From contig MHFI01000004.1 of the NCBI GenBank assembly GCA_001804125.1, positions 1-56,125 on the forward strand: a stretch of DNA of 56,125 nucleotides, in the 5' to 3' direction. Both the position numbers and the translations under genes were made by a program. This DNA comes from Omnitrophica bacterium RIFCSPHIGHO2_02_FULL_51_18. Its GTDB lineage: Bacteria; Omnitrophota; Gorgyraeia; 2-02-FULL-51-18. The notes below the pieces were generated by a model. It was not told where the DNA came from and made no database searches. It saw only the letters and a program-made list of their open reading frames with translations. This document shows positions 1 to 9,674 of this stretch, piece by piece (position 1 is the stretch's first letter; each line of letters begins with the position of its first letter).

Positions 1-114
1 TTTATGCGTACGGAAATGGATTATTTGGTCCTCGGAAATTTCATGTTGAACAAAAAAGAACAAAAGACATTGACCCAGGATGCGGACTGGAAAAAAGAAT
101 TTCAACTGGACTAA
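1..114 (+). CDS. carbamoyltransferase (NodU/CmcH-like), C-terminal fragment truncated by window edge
   Basis: Frame 1 is open from base 1 to TAA 112-114. The peptide FMRTEMDYLVLGNFMLNKKEQ resembles carbamoyltransferase C-termini. The SxtJ-like/DUF5989-like pair that typically follows such genes is immediately downstream. Confidence 0.45.
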   Translation, partial: FMRTEMDYLVLGNFMLNKKEQKTLTQDADWKKEFQLD

Positions 115-115
115 C

Positions 116-532
116 ATGTCGATCCTAAATGATATAAACAATATTCCAAGCTCCCGGAAAGAGCTCAAAAGTTTTGGGCTGACAATCGGGATCGTGTTGA
201 TCTTTATAGGAGGCCTCAATCTTTGGCGTCATCACATGCAAGGCGTTTATTTTTTGGGCGCCGGGGCGTTATTGATGCTGCTTGGTTTTGTGGCGCCGAC
301 TATGTTGAAGCCCTTTCAGAAATCTTGGATGGCATTGGCGCTTTTGATGGGGTGGGTCATGACACGTGTCATTTTATGCCTGTTATTTTATGTCGTGGTG
401 ACGCCGATCGCGTTATTTGCGCAGGGAGTCCGCCGTCGATTTTTTGGAAAAGACAAGCAGGCGCTTCAAAGCCACTGGATCGCGCGTGAAGGTGACCCAG
501 CTGATAAAAGCCGTTACGAAAAACAGTTTTAG
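116..532 (+). CDS. SxtJ-like small membrane protein
   Basis: ATG at 116 lies 1 nt after the upstream stop (internal Met of ORF 80..532). It has two hydrophobic helices (FGLTIGIVLIFIGGLNLW, VYFLGAGALLMLLGF). It sits in the conserved position between a carbamoyltransferase and a DUF5989-like gene. Confidence 0.55.
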   Translation: MSILNDINNIPSSRKELKSFGLTIGIVLIFIGGLNLWRHHMQGVYFLGAGALLMLLGFVAPTMLKPFQKSWMALALLMGWVMTRVILCLLFYVVVTPIALFAQGVRRRFFGKDKQALQSHWIAREGDPADKSRYEKQF

Positions 533-539
533 GGGGGGT

Positions 540-698
540 ATGAGTAAAATTTCACTTTTAAAAGAATTCTGGGATTTTCTTAAGGCCAGGAAAAAGTGGT
601 GGATTACGCCGATTGTTGTCATGCTTGTGCTTCTAGGGGCGCTCATCGTGTTTACGCAAGGTTCGGCGCTGGCGCCTTTCATCTACACGCTGTTCTAA
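540..698 (+). CDS. DUF5989-like small membrane protein
   Basis: Internal Met 42 of ORF 417..698. MSKISLLKEFWDFLKARKKWWITPIVVMLVLLGALIVF is the typical sequence of this family. GGGGG precedes the ATG as an SD. Confidence 0.55.
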   Translation: MSKISLLKEFWDFLKARKKWWITPIVVMLVLLGALIVFTQGSALAPFIYTLF

Positions 699-723
699 GC
701 TAAAGCACGAAGCAAGCTTTTCT

Positions 724-1824
724 ATGAAAACAATCGCGTTTGATGCCCGCATGTTCAATCACCCCGGCATCGGACGCTATATCCGTGAGTTTTTAAACGC
801 GCTTTTATCGGTCGAGCGCGGTTATCGTTTCGTCCTTCTTGGTCCCGACGCGCTCAAAACATCGCTTAAATCTAATCTCAAGCAGGTCGATTTTCAAAAG
901 TTGGATGCGCCTATTTACAGTCCTGCTGAGCAATGGGCAGTGGTTCGGGCGGCCGGCCGTTGCGACGCTTTGCATGTGCCGCATTTCAATGTCCCGGTTT
1001 GCTGGAAGAAAAAGTTGATCGTGACGCTTCACGACCTCATTTATTTTCACGATCCGCGCGCCTCGCGTTTCGGTCTCGGGCGGACCTATTCCCGATTTTT
1101 ACTCGATCAGATAAGCAAGAAAGCGTCCGCCGTGATCGCGGTGTCGGATTATTCAAAGGAAGATTTCCTGAAGAGTTTTCCCGCGGCCCGGCGGGAGCGG
1201 GTCTGGTCGGTGCCGGAAGCGGCTTCGCCGGCGTTTCGGAAAATAAATGACGGAGAAATCCTGGAGGAATACAAAAAGAAGGCGGCCCTTTCAAGTCCCT
1301 TCATTCTTTTTGTCGGCAGTTTAAAGAAGCACAAGAACGTGGCGGCGCTTATCCGCGCGTTTTTAAAGCTGCGATCGGAGCGGTTGATCCCTCATGAGCT
1401 TGTATTGGCGGGCCGGCGGGATTTGCGCAACCAGGAAGTGGAAGCTCTTCTAAAAAGCGCCGCCGGGGTGCGGTATCTGGGGGAGGTGCCCGACGAGGAG
1501 CTGGTTTTGCTTTATAATCTGGCCGAGCTTTTCGTGCTCCCGTCTTTTTCGGAAGGGTTCGGACTGCCTCTTCTGGAAGCCATGTCTTGCGGGACGCCGG
1601 TGATCGCGTCCAACCGCGCGAGTCTCCCCGAGATCCTGGGAGACGCTGATTTCCTGTTTGACCCTGAGCGGGTTGACGCTCTTTCAGGGCTTATATATAA
1701 TGTCCTGGAAAATAGGGAATTACGCCAGAAAATGTCGCAAAAAGGTCTTGAACGTTCGCAAACTTTTTCATGGGACAAGGCAGCTCAGCAAACACTTGAG
1801 ATTTACCGCCAGGTTCTAACTTGA
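724..1824 (+). CDS. glycosyltransferase family 4
   Basis: 366 aa ORF with the C-terminal Glycos_transf_1 motif EGFGLPLLEAMSCGTPVIASN. Confidence 0.85.
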   Translation: MKTIAFDARMFNHPGIGRYIREFLNALLSVERGYRFVLLGPDALKTSLKSNLKQVDFQKLDAPIYSPAEQWAVVRAAGRCDALHVPHFNVPVCWKKKLIVTLHDLIYFHDPRASRFGLGRTYSRFLLDQISKKASAVIAVSDYSKEDFLKSFPAARRERVWSVPEAASPAFRKINDGEILEEYKKKAALSSPFILFVGSLKKHKNVAALIRAFLKLRSERLIPHELVLAGRRDLRNQEVEALLKSAAGVRYLGEVPDEELVLLYNLAELFVLPSFSEGFGLPLLEAMSCGTPVIASNRASLPEILGDADFLFDPERVDALSGLIYNVLENRELRQKMSQKGLERSQTFSWDKAAQQTLEIYRQVLT

Positions 1825-2918
1825 GCAAGCAGCTCAAGGTCGCGCTTTCTCATGACTGGTTGAACGGCATGAGAGGGGGCGAGAAATGCCTGGAGGTCTT
1901 GTGCGAATTGTACCCCGAAAGCCCCATCTTCGCCTTATTTTATGAAGAGGGCCGGGTCTCAGACACTATCGCCAGGCATCCGATCCATACCTCTTGGCTG
2001 CAAAAATTTCCCGGCATCTTTTCCGGTTATCGAAATTATCTGCCGTTTTTTTCTTCCGCCGTCGAATCGTTGGATTTGAAAGGTTTTGATCTTGTCGTGT
2101 CGACTAGTCATTGCGTGGCAAAGGGAGTGAGAAAGTCTCCCGGAGCGGTGCATATTTGCTATTGTTTTACGCCGGTTCGCTACGTCTGGGGGCTCTTTGA
2201 GGAGTATTTCGGAAGCAGGAATTGTTTTTTAAAAAATCTTATCCGTTTCTTCATCGAAAGACTGAAAACCTGGGACCTTCGTTCGAATGAGCGGGTTGAC
2301 CACTTCATCGCGATCTCGCATCATGTACGCCGCCGCATCGAGCGGTTTTACAAAAGGACCGCCGAAGTGGTGTATCCGCCCGTCGACACGGATTTTTATA
2401 CTCCGGGTTCAACGCCCCAGCGCGAGGACTGGTATCTCGTGGTTTCGGCGCTTGTCCCTTACAAACGCGTCGATTTGGCTATCCGGGTTTTTAACCGGTT
2501 TGGCCGTAAACTTGTTATCATAGGCGACGGGCCCGAAGAGGGGCGGCTGAGGAAGCTCGCCGGTGGAAATATCGTGTTTAAGGGCTGGCAGTCCGACGAG
2601 GTATTAAGGGATCATTATCGCAGGGCTCGTGCTCTCGTGTTTCCGGGCGAAGAGGATTTTGGAATCGTCCCTGTAGAAATGCAAGCCTGTGGGGGATTCG
2701 TGATTGCGCTTGCCCGAGGCGGCGCTCTTGAAACGGTTTCCGCCGGAAGGTCGGGCCTGTTTTTTGAGGAGGCGACGGAGGACTCCTTGGAAGCGGCATT
2801 GAGAAAATTTGAGAGCCTGTCGTTTGACGCTGAGGCCTCGAGAAAGAATGCGCTTAGGTTTAGCCGTCAAAGATTTAAAAATGAGATCAAAGAAACGATG
2901 GATAGGTTAAGTTCATGA
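1821..2918 (+). CDS. glycosyltransferase family 4
   Basis: 365 aa ORF with a TTG start overlapping the upstream TGA. Motif EEDFGIVPVEMQACGGFVIA. Confidence 0.8.
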   Translation: MSKQLKVALSHDWLNGMRGGEKCLEVLCELYPESPIFALFYEEGRVSDTIARHPIHTSWLQKFPGIFSGYRNYLPFFSSAVESLDLKGFDLVVSTSHCVAKGVRKSPGAVHICYCFTPVRYVWGLFEEYFGSRNCFLKNLIRFFIERLKTWDLRSNERVDHFIAISHHVRRRIERFYKRTAEVVYPPVDTDFYTPGSTPQREDWYLVVSALVPYKRVDLAIRVFNRFGRKLVIIGDGPEEGRLRKLAGGNIVFKGWQSDEVLRDHYRRARALVFPGEEDFGIVPVEMQACGGFVIALARGGALETVSAGRSGLFFEEATEDSLEAALRKFESLSFDAEASRKNALRFSRQRFKNEIKETMDRLSS

Positions 2919-4339
2919 TCACCCCCAGAAGACGCCAACGTGACACTTTTTTGCCCTGGATATACATTTTGGTGGATTTTCTTTCCACTTTCTTCATGTT
3001 GAAGGCCGTGTTCTGGTTCCGGTTTTCAAGCGGGTTTTTTGAGAGTCCCTTGGGGGAGACGGACTACCCCGTTTATTTTAAAGTTTTTTCAATCGTGCCA
3101 TTTATTGTGATTTTTTTCATGCGTTTTTACGGGCTGTATCGTCCCTCAAGACTTTATTCTTTTGGAACTGAGATCGGAAGCGTGTGCAAGGCAGTGACGG
3201 CAAGCACTGTGATTGTGATGGCGCTGACATTTTTCGTGAGGAGTTTCACGTTCTCCAGGACATTCGTGGTGTTGGCGGGCATCGCTGTCGCCGCCTCGGT
3301 CTCGCTGGGACGGTATTTGTTCGGGCTCATCGTGATGGAGATCGATAAAAAAAGAGGCAGCCAGCGCAATATTCTGATCATCGGGTGCGACGAAAACGCG
3401 AGAAAACTAGCCCGCTTTTACCGCAGGAATCCCCGCTTCAGCACGCGGGTGGAAGGGTATTTGGATGACTCCTTAAGATCGGGTGAGCGGGTGGAAGGCG
3501 TGCCCGTGCTTGGACCCACGGCGCTTTTTCCGGAAATCATTCGAGAGCGCCGCGAGATTCATGAGGTCGTTCTGGCGCTCCAGGGCCAGCCGGAAGAGAA
3601 AGTTCTCAAGATGGTCTACGAGTGTGAGAAGGGGCTGGTGTCCTTCCGGTGGATCGCTGATATTTTTGGGTTAATCGCCTCCAGGATGAGCGTTTCCTAT
3701 TTTGGCGGAGTGCCGGTGCTTTCATTTGCGGATTCCCCTTTGGCGGATTGGGAAAACCGCGTGCTGAAAAGAACGGTGGATATCCTGGTATCGTCCGCGG
3801 CGCTTGTCTTGTTCTTGCCGCTGTTTTTGGTTCTTGCGATCGCGGTGAAATGCGATTCCAGGGGCCCTGTGTTTTACAGGCAGCAGAGAATAGGCGAGGA
3901 TGGGAAGCGTTTTTATCTGATCAAGTTTCGGACGATGCAGGCGGGGGCTGAAACAGCCACGGGGCCGGTGTGGGCCAAGGAAAATGACGAGCGCCGCACA
4001 AAACTTGGGATCATCTTGAGGCGGAACAATCTGGATGAGTTGCCGCAGTTTTGGAATGTGTTCGTGGGCGACATGAGCCTCGTGGGACCGCGCCCGGAGC
4101 GTCCGTTTTTCGTGAGCCAATTTAAGGAAGATGTTCCCCGTTACATGGCGCGCCACGCGATTCGATCCGGGATTACCGGTTGGGCCCAGGTGAACGGCCT
4201 GCGCGGCAACACCTCCATCGAAGAAAGGACGAAATACGATCTTTACTATATTGAGAATTGGTCCCTATGGCTCGATTTCAAGATCCTGTGCCGCACGGTT
4301 TTTCAAACGTTTTCCAAAACCCAGCCCAACGCTTACTGA
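2915..4339 (+). CDS. polyprenyl-phosphate glycosyl-1-phosphate transferase (WbaP/EpsB-like initiating enzyme)
   Basis: 474 aa with N-terminal TM helices. The C-terminal bacterial sugar transferase domain carries DELPQFWNVFVGDMSLVGPRPERP. ATGA overlap with the upstream gene. Confidence 0.9.
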   Translation: MITPRRRQRDTFLPWIYILVDFLSTFFMLKAVFWFRFSSGFFESPLGETDYPVYFKVFSIVPFIVIFFMRFYGLYRPSRLYSFGTEIGSVCKAVTASTVIVMALTFFVRSFTFSRTFVVLAGIAVAASVSLGRYLFGLIVMEIDKKRGSQRNILIIGCDENARKLARFYRRNPRFSTRVEGYLDDSLRSGERVEGVPVLGPTALFPEIIRERREIHEVVLALQGQPEEKVLKMVYECEKGLVSFRWIADIFGLIASRMSVSYFGGVPVLSFADSPLADWENRVLKRTVDILVSSAALVLFLPLFLVLAIAVKCDSRGPVFYRQQRIGEDGKRFYLIKFRTMQAGAETATGPVWAKENDERRTKLGIILRRNNLDELPQFWNVFVGDMSLVGPRPERPFFVSQFKEDVPRYMARHAIRSGITGWAQVNGLRGNTSIEERTKYDLYYIENWSLWLDFKILCRTVFQTFSKTQPNAY

Positions 4340-4342
4340 CCC

Positions 4343-5530
4343 ATGAAGACCGAGAAAAAAATTTATATTTTGTACGTGTTTTTTTTGGTGGTGGCGGCTG
4401 CAGCCGTGTTGGAGCTCGGGGCCCGGTGGAGATACACAAAGTCTTATTTGGCGGTCAATATCCACAAAGACCCCGTCTACCATCATAGGATCCCGCCCTA
4501 TTTCAAAGGAACGATGCAAAGCGACGGGGATTTCAACGACACCTTTGTCGTGAACAATAAAGGCATGAGAGGGCCTGGGGATTATGAGGTTTCAAAGCTG
4601 GAAGGAGTGTTCAGGATCGCGGTCCTGGGGGATTCTTTTACGTTCGGGGTGGGAGTGAAGGCGGAGGAGACCTACGCCTATTTACTGCAAAAAATGCTCA
4701 ACGCCCCGCAACCCGGAAAGTACCAGGTGCTCAATTTTGGCGTTTCCAGCTTTTCCCCGGTCCTCGAGCTTATTTGTTTGAAACGGGAAGTGGTGCATTA
4801 TCAGCCGGATCTCTTGATCGTGGCGCTTGATCTGTGCGATATCCAAGACGATTATTTTTACGAACCCCACGTGCTTTACGACCGGTACCGGGAAGTCGAC
4901 GCCTGTAACCCGTTTCGCACTCACGAAGGGCTGGACCTGTGGGCTTGGATCAAACAGAAGTCCGTTTGTCTCACGATGCTCGATGAAAAACTTTTTCAAT
5001 CCTTTAGAAAAATAAAAACGATAGGCCCCGCCGCCTATCTCCGAAATAAAATAAAGGGGGTCAGGAACAAGACGGAAATTCTTACCAATCCTAACATCGA
5101 CAACATCGAATTTGACAGGTTTATTTTCTCCAGGGAAAATAAGAATCGTTCCATCGTGACGGCGCATTGGAAGCGCACGGCGGGGTACCTGGCCATGATC
5201 AAAGGTTTCTGCGACAGACACTCCATCAAACTCCTGCTCACCACGTATCCTTATGGTCATCAAGTGGGCCCTCATGAGTGGGATAAGGGGCGCCGTTACT
5301 GGGCTTTTGAACCCGGCAGAGTGTACGACGCGAGTGCGGCCTTTAAAACCGTAGAGATTTTTAGCCGCGAAAACAGCATCCCTTTTATCAGCCTGTTGGA
5401 ACCGCTAAAAAGACATCCGGACGAAAAACTCTACTACCATAACGACGGTCATTGGACAGCCAGAGGCCACGAGGTGGTCGCCGAATCACTATTCCAGTCC
5501 GAAGTATTCAAGAAGCTGGCCCGCTCATGA
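4343..5530 (+). CDS. membrane-anchored SGNH/GDSL-like hydrolase (possible glycan O-acyl esterase/transferase)
   Basis: N-terminal TM helix, block I motif IAVLGDSFTFGVGV, and C-terminal NDGHWTARGHE (block V-like D..H). Confidence 0.6.
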   Translation: MKTEKKIYILYVFFLVVAAAAVLELGARWRYTKSYLAVNIHKDPVYHHRIPPYFKGTMQSDGDFNDTFVVNNKGMRGPGDYEVSKLEGVFRIAVLGDSFTFGVGVKAEETYAYLLQKMLNAPQPGKYQVLNFGVSSFSPVLELICLKREVVHYQPDLLIVALDLCDIQDDYFYEPHVLYDRYREVDACNPFRTHEGLDLWAWIKQKSVCLTMLDEKLFQSFRKIKTIGPAAYLRNKIKGVRNKTEILTNPNIDNIEFDRFIFSRENKNRSIVTAHWKRTAGYLAMIKGFCDRHSIKLLLTTYPYGHQVGPHEWDKGRRYWAFEPGRVYDASAAFKTVEIFSRENSIPFISLLEPLKRHPDEKLYYHNDGHWTARGHEVVAESLFQSEVFKKLARS

Positions 5531-6762
5531 CCTCGACGATAGAAAAGTGGTTGCAAAATCTTAAGCTCTTTGGTTTTTGTCTGTCTCTTGTCGGATCGGG
5601 AATCTCGATCAGTATGTGTTCGATAGGTTGCGGGCTTTATATCGGCAGTTTCATCACGAGCCTCCTCTTGATAAAAAACGAGATCCGCCGGGTCCCGGCT
5701 TTCCCTAAATTTATTTATTTAACGGTTTTGCTCTGCTCGCTTTTAGCATCCTTGTTCGTGAGCCCCTATTTTTTTGTATCCTTGAGAGGACTGGGGAAAT
5801 ACCTGGGAGGTTTTATTCTGTTTTATGCCGGGTTTGAGTTGGGCCGGAATGACAGGCAGCTATGCTGGATCATCCGGGTTCTCCTGCTTGTTTATTTTAT
5901 CGCGGCGCTTGCCGGGGTGGTGCAGGACGTATTTGGTTTTGACCTTATTTATTTTAGACCCGCCATTCATTCGGAAAATTACACCCGTGTGACGGGACCT
6001 TTCAAGAATTTTAACGACTACGCAAGCTTTCTGGCCCCCATTTTTCCCATTGCCATCGTTTTATGGATCCAGCGGGATAAGAAGCGTTTGGGCGCTTTTA
6101 CTTTTTTGACCCTTCTTATTTTCCTGTCAAGCTACGCGCTGTACCGGACTTTATCTCGCGGCGCCATGGTCGCGGTGCTGATCTCGCTTTTCGTTCTCAT
6201 TTCTTTTTTTAAATTCAGAAAGGCCGCTTATGGCGGGCTGGCGGTGCTGACGGGTCTCCTGTGGTTCGCGCCGCTGCAAATGAGCTTGAGGTTCAGAGAA
6301 CTTTTGCACGCGTCCCTGAGCAGTACCCATGAGCGGTTTCTTTTGATCGATACGGCAATTTCCATGATCAAGGCAAGCCCCGTGTTCGGGCTGGGCCTCA
6401 ACACCTACTCCATCAATTTTCCCATGTACAAACCGAGGGATTACACCGGACTCATGTACGCGCACAACAGCTATCTTCAGATGGGCAGTGAAATAGGGTT
6501 GCTCGGGATCTCGCTGTATTTGCTTTTTTTATTTGCGCTCCTTGCGCATTTGGTGAATACCTTGAGGGGGGCCCGCAAGGATTCGGGGGACGCGTTGCTC
6601 TGCGCCGGTTTTGTGGCAGGGGTCGGCGGTCTTCTGGTAAACGGGTTGTTCGAGTCGCTTCTCCAGTCGACACAGCTTAGGACGCTGTTCTGGAGTTTGC
6701 TGGGGGTGGCCTTCGCTTTGGCATACCGGGCCAAATTTTCGAAGCGTGAACAACTTTCATAG
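5527..6762 (+). CDS. O-antigen ligase/polymerase family membrane protein (Wzy_C domain)
   Basis: Start moved to ATG 5527, giving an ATGA overlap with the upstream stop. Polytopic membrane protein with the LSRGAMVAVLISLF motif region and a periplasmic loop with AHNSYLQ. Confidence 0.75.
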   Translation: MTSTIEKWLQNLKLFGFCLSLVGSGISISMCSIGCGLYIGSFITSLLLIKNEIRRVPAFPKFIYLTVLLCSLLASLFVSPYFFVSLRGLGKYLGGFILFYAGFELGRNDRQLCWIIRVLLLVYFIAALAGVVQDVFGFDLIYFRPAIHSENYTRVTGPFKNFNDYASFLAPIFPIAIVLWIQRDKKRLGAFTFLTLLIFLSSYALYRTLSRGAMVAVLISLFVLISFFKFRKAAYGGLAVLTGLLWFAPLQMSLRFRELLHASLSSTHERFLLIDTAISMIKASPVFGLGLNTYSINFPMYKPRDYTGLMYAHNSYLQMGSEIGLLGISLYLLFLFALLAHLVNTLRGARKDSGDALLCAGFVAGVGGLLVNGLFESLLQSTQLRTLFWSLLGVAFALAYRAKFSKREQLS

Positions 6763-7735
6763 AATTTTATTTTTAAGAACCGACCGGATGGGCGATACGC
6801 TCATGAATTTGTCCGCTATCCGCGTTCTTAGGCAAAGTTATCCCAAGTCATGGATTTGTCTTTTGGCGGATCAGTCCGTCGCACCGCTCTTCAGAGATCA
6901 TCCGGACTTGGATGAGGTGATGAGTCTTGATTTTAAGCTTTTTTGCCGGAAACCCGCCTATTTTTTCCAAATCCTTAAAAAAGTAAAATTTGCGAAGTTT
7001 GATCTGGCGGTTGTGTCCAATGCTCATAAATTTTTGCATGCGCTTGTTTTTCTGGCCGGCATTCGCCGCCGCGCGGGGTACGCGCGCAAATGGTCGTTTT
7101 TGTTAAATAAGAAAATAGCGGATGATAAAGAAAGGGCTTCCCGTCATGAAATGGAATCCAATGTTGCTTTGGTCAAGCAGGTTTGCGTACGCGATTGGGA
7201 TGGACACTGGGAATTTCCGGCTGATTCAAGTGCGGTTCTCCGTATTCAGGAACGCCTGAATATTTTGCCTATTTCCGAAAAGGGCATCGTAGTAATTCAT
7301 GCCGGATCGAGCAACCCCGCCAAGCGCTGGCCCGCGGAGCGCTTCGCGGCTGTCGCTGATTGGGGTCTTGAGAAGGGGTTTTCTGTTCTCCTTATCGGCG
7401 GCGTTGAAGAAAAAGAAGTCTCTTTGGCCGTCATTCAGAAAATAAAAGACCGGGTTCACGATTGGACGGGACAGCTTTCCCTGGAGGAGCTTACAGCGCT
7501 TTTTCATGATCCAAGGGCTCGGGCGCTCGTCTCTGTGGATAGCGGGCCTGTGCATGTGGCGTGGCTTTCCGGAACGCCCGTCGCAGCACTTTACGCAGAA
7601 AATGTTCCGGGTTCCCATCCGTCTCGATGGGGCCCGCGTGACGGAAAAAGTGAAGTTATTTATAAACCAATGAGTGATATTAGCGTCGAAGAAGCGTGTA
7701 AATCACTCCGCGTCATTCTGAACGAGCCTGCCTGA
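6746..7735 (+). CDS. glycosyltransferase family 9 (LPS heptosyltransferase-like) 1
   Basis: ILFLRTDRMGDTLM N-terminus, GSSNPAKRWPAERF, and VDSGPVHVAWLSGTPVAALY. GTG start. The last codons (VILNEPA) run into a repeat element. Confidence 0.8.
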   Translation: MNNFHRILFLRTDRMGDTLMNLSAIRVLRQSYPKSWICLLADQSVAPLFRDHPDLDEVMSLDFKLFCRKPAYFFQILKKVKFAKFDLAVVSNAHKFLHALVFLAGIRRRAGYARKWSFLLNKKIADDKERASRHEMESNVALVKQVCVRDWDGHWEFPADSSAVLRIQERLNILPISEKGIVVIHAGSSNPAKRWPAERFAAVADWGLEKGFSVLLIGGVEEKEVSLAVIQKIKDRVHDWTGQLSLEELTALFHDPRARALVSVDSGPVHVAWLSGTPVAALYAENVPGSHPSRWGPRDGKSEVIYKPMSDISVEEACKSLRVILNEPA

Positions 7736-7766
7736 CGGCAGGCAGGCGAAGCGAGTGAAGAATCTC
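7711..7766. repeat. partial copy of palindromic element, sub-family D (GTCATTCTGA...GAAGAATCTC)
   Basis: CGTCATTCTGAA, then the hairpin GCCTGCC-tgac-GGCAGGC, then GAAGAATCTCAAAAA. The right half is missing. Confidence 0.7.
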
Positions 7767-7772
7767 AAAAAA

Positions 7773-8843
7773 ATGAAAAGAGTTTTAGTTGTCAATCCGT
7801 TCGGGATCGGTGACGCGCTTTTCACGATGGTACTCGTTGAGGCGATCAGGTCCCGTTATCCTGAGTGCTTTATTGGATTTTTATGCAATGAGAGAACCGT
7901 TGAGCTTGTGCGTATGGACGCATCCATTGACCGGACATTTGTTTTTAACCGGGACCGTTTTCGGAAACTCTGGAATAAGCACCCCTTTCTTTTCTATTGG
8001 AAACTGAAAGCCCTGCTTCGCGTTATCCGGGAGTCGAATTTCGATACACTTTTTGATTTGTCACTTGGCCGTGAGTACAGTTTTTTCGGGTGGTGGGTGG
8101 GTATCCGGAAACGCATCGGACTCGATTACAGGGGCCGCGGCCTTTTTTTGACGCATAAGTTGAAAATCGCAGGTTATGAGAACAAACCGGTCGCGGATTA
8201 TCAGCTGGAATTGCTGCGCCTTGCGGGGGAAACCCGTCCTGAAGCGGTGCCTCGGCCGGACTTCCGAGTTCCGGAAGAGGTGAAGGCTGCGTTGGAGATC
8301 CGGTTGCGAAAAAATGGGATCGGGCCGGAAGAGCGAATCCTGGCGATTGCGCCGGGAGGCGGCAGGAGTTGGGGCGCGAACGCAAAATACAAACAGTGGG
8401 ATGCCGCCTGTTTCGCGCAAGTTTCGAAAAAGCTCGGCAAAACCCATCCGCACAGAGTGTGTCTCGTCGGCGACCGCAGTGAAGAAGGTTTGCTGCGACA
8501 AACCCAGGAGCTTTTGGGCGTAAAATCAGAGGTTTTCGCGGGAGAGCCGTTGTCTAGGGTCAGTGCTTTGCTTAAGCGTTCATGGATTTTGCTTTGCAAC
8601 GACGGCGGATTGCTCCATTTGGCGAACGCGTTGGGGGTGAAAACGGCGTCTATTTTTGGACCGGTGGATGAAAAAGTCTATGGGCCTTATTACAAAGACA
8701 AACCCCACGCTGTTTTGACGACCCGCGTGCCTTGCAGACCCTGCTATAAAAAATTTTATTTTCCTCCTTGTCCTCACCACCGACGCTGTCTTGAGGAAAT
8801 TTCCGTTGAAACAGTTCTCGCGGCCATCAAAGAAATTGCTTAA
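7773..8843 (+). CDS. glycosyltransferase family 9 (LPS heptosyltransferase-like) 2
   Basis: Start set to ATG 7773 (MKRVLVVNPFGIGDALF). The 7755 GTG lies inside the repeat. Motifs GGGRSWGANAKYKQW and NDGGLLHLANALGVKTASIFGP. Confidence 0.8.
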   Translation: MKRVLVVNPFGIGDALFTMVLVEAIRSRYPECFIGFLCNERTVELVRMDASIDRTFVFNRDRFRKLWNKHPFLFYWKLKALLRVIRESNFDTLFDLSLGREYSFFGWWVGIRKRIGLDYRGRGLFLTHKLKIAGYENKPVADYQLELLRLAGETRPEAVPRPDFRVPEEVKAALEIRLRKNGIGPEERILAIAPGGGRSWGANAKYKQWDAACFAQVSKKLGKTHPHRVCLVGDRSEEGLLRQTQELLGVKSEVFAGEPLSRVSALLKRSWILLCNDGGLLHLANALGVKTASIFGPVDEKVYGPYYKDKPHAVLTTRVPCRPCYKKFYFPPCPHHRRCLEEISVETVLAAIKEIA

Positions 8844-8860
8844 GATTTAGCGCTTGATTT

Positions 8861-8914
8861 CACTGACCAACGTATGAGTAATAGGAATTCCTATTACTCA
8901 TACGTTGGTCAGTG
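8861..8914. repeat. perfect 54-bp palindrome centred on GAATTC
   Basis: CACTGACCAACGTATGAGTAATAGGAA / TTCCTATTACTCATACGTTGGTCAGTG, with 27-nt arms, no mismatch and no spacer. Confidence 0.95.
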
Positions 8915-8915
8915 T

Positions 8916-9674
8916 ATGATAGACGCCATGCCACAAACACTTAAAGAACGCCTGTTTACTGTCACTGAGCACGGGGGGATCAACCCCGAGGAAGAGTCTC
9001 CGCGTTTTGTCGCGAAACATTTGAGCGCTTACTATTTCGCCAAACGTTTCGCGGACGGCAGTGTGCTGGAGATCGGTTCCGGGGATGGTTACGGAGCTTC
9101 GCTTTTGGCGGAAACGGCTAATGAGGTGACCGGGATTGATTTGTTTCAAAAGAACGTGGATTTGGCGAGATCGAAATACAAGCGGTCTAACTTAAAATTT
9201 TTGAAAATGTCCGCGACAGCGCTTGATTTGTCGAATCAATCATTTGATCTTGTGGTGTCGTTCCAGGTTATCGAGCATATTCCGCAAGGTGAGCTTCTTC
9301 AATACATTTCTGAAATAAAGCGCACGCTGAAAAAAGATGGGAAAGCGTGTTTATCCACGCTCAACCTTAAGAAAAATCAGAAACCCGGGCAGCCCTACGA
9401 TAAAAGTCCGCACCACGATAAGGAGTTTATGCCTTCTGAGTTTAAGGATTTTCTCGCGCCCCTTTTCCGCCGGGTGGAGCTTTACGGGTTGTACCCGACG
9501 CCGAAGCATCTTTTTTTTGAAAGAGTCAAGAAATCGGGCTTGAACCGTTTATTCCCATCTCACGCAGATCCCATCAAACAGTATTTTGACCGGATGACGG
9601 TCAGTGATTTCCGGTGGCTTGCCAAAACCAATCTCGAGGGCTGCATGGATTTGATGGCGGTGTGTCATGCCTGA
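8916..9674 (+). CDS. class I SAM-dependent methyltransferase
   Basis: Motif I VLEIGSGDGYGASLLA and post-I GIDL. The start is placed after the 54-bp palindrome; ORF track start 8874 lies inside the palindrome, so the start is uncertain. Confidence 0.75.
   Translation: MIDAMPQTLKERLFTVTEHGGINPEEESPRFVAKHLSAYYFAKRFADGSVLEIGSGDGYGASLLAETANEVTGIDLFQKNVDLARSKYKRSNLKFLKMSATALDLSNQSFDLVVSFQVIEHIPQGELLQYISEIKRTLKKDGKACLSTLNLKKNQKPGQPYDKSPHHDKEFMPSEFKDFLAPLFRRVELYGLYPTPKHLFFERVKKSGLNRLFPSHADPIKQYFDRMTVSDFRWLAKTNLEGCMDLMAVCHA

Noticed and set aside
4682-5275. 197-aa ORF on the - strand.
   Set aside because: It is antisense to the SGNH hydrolase gene, and no family is recognisable.
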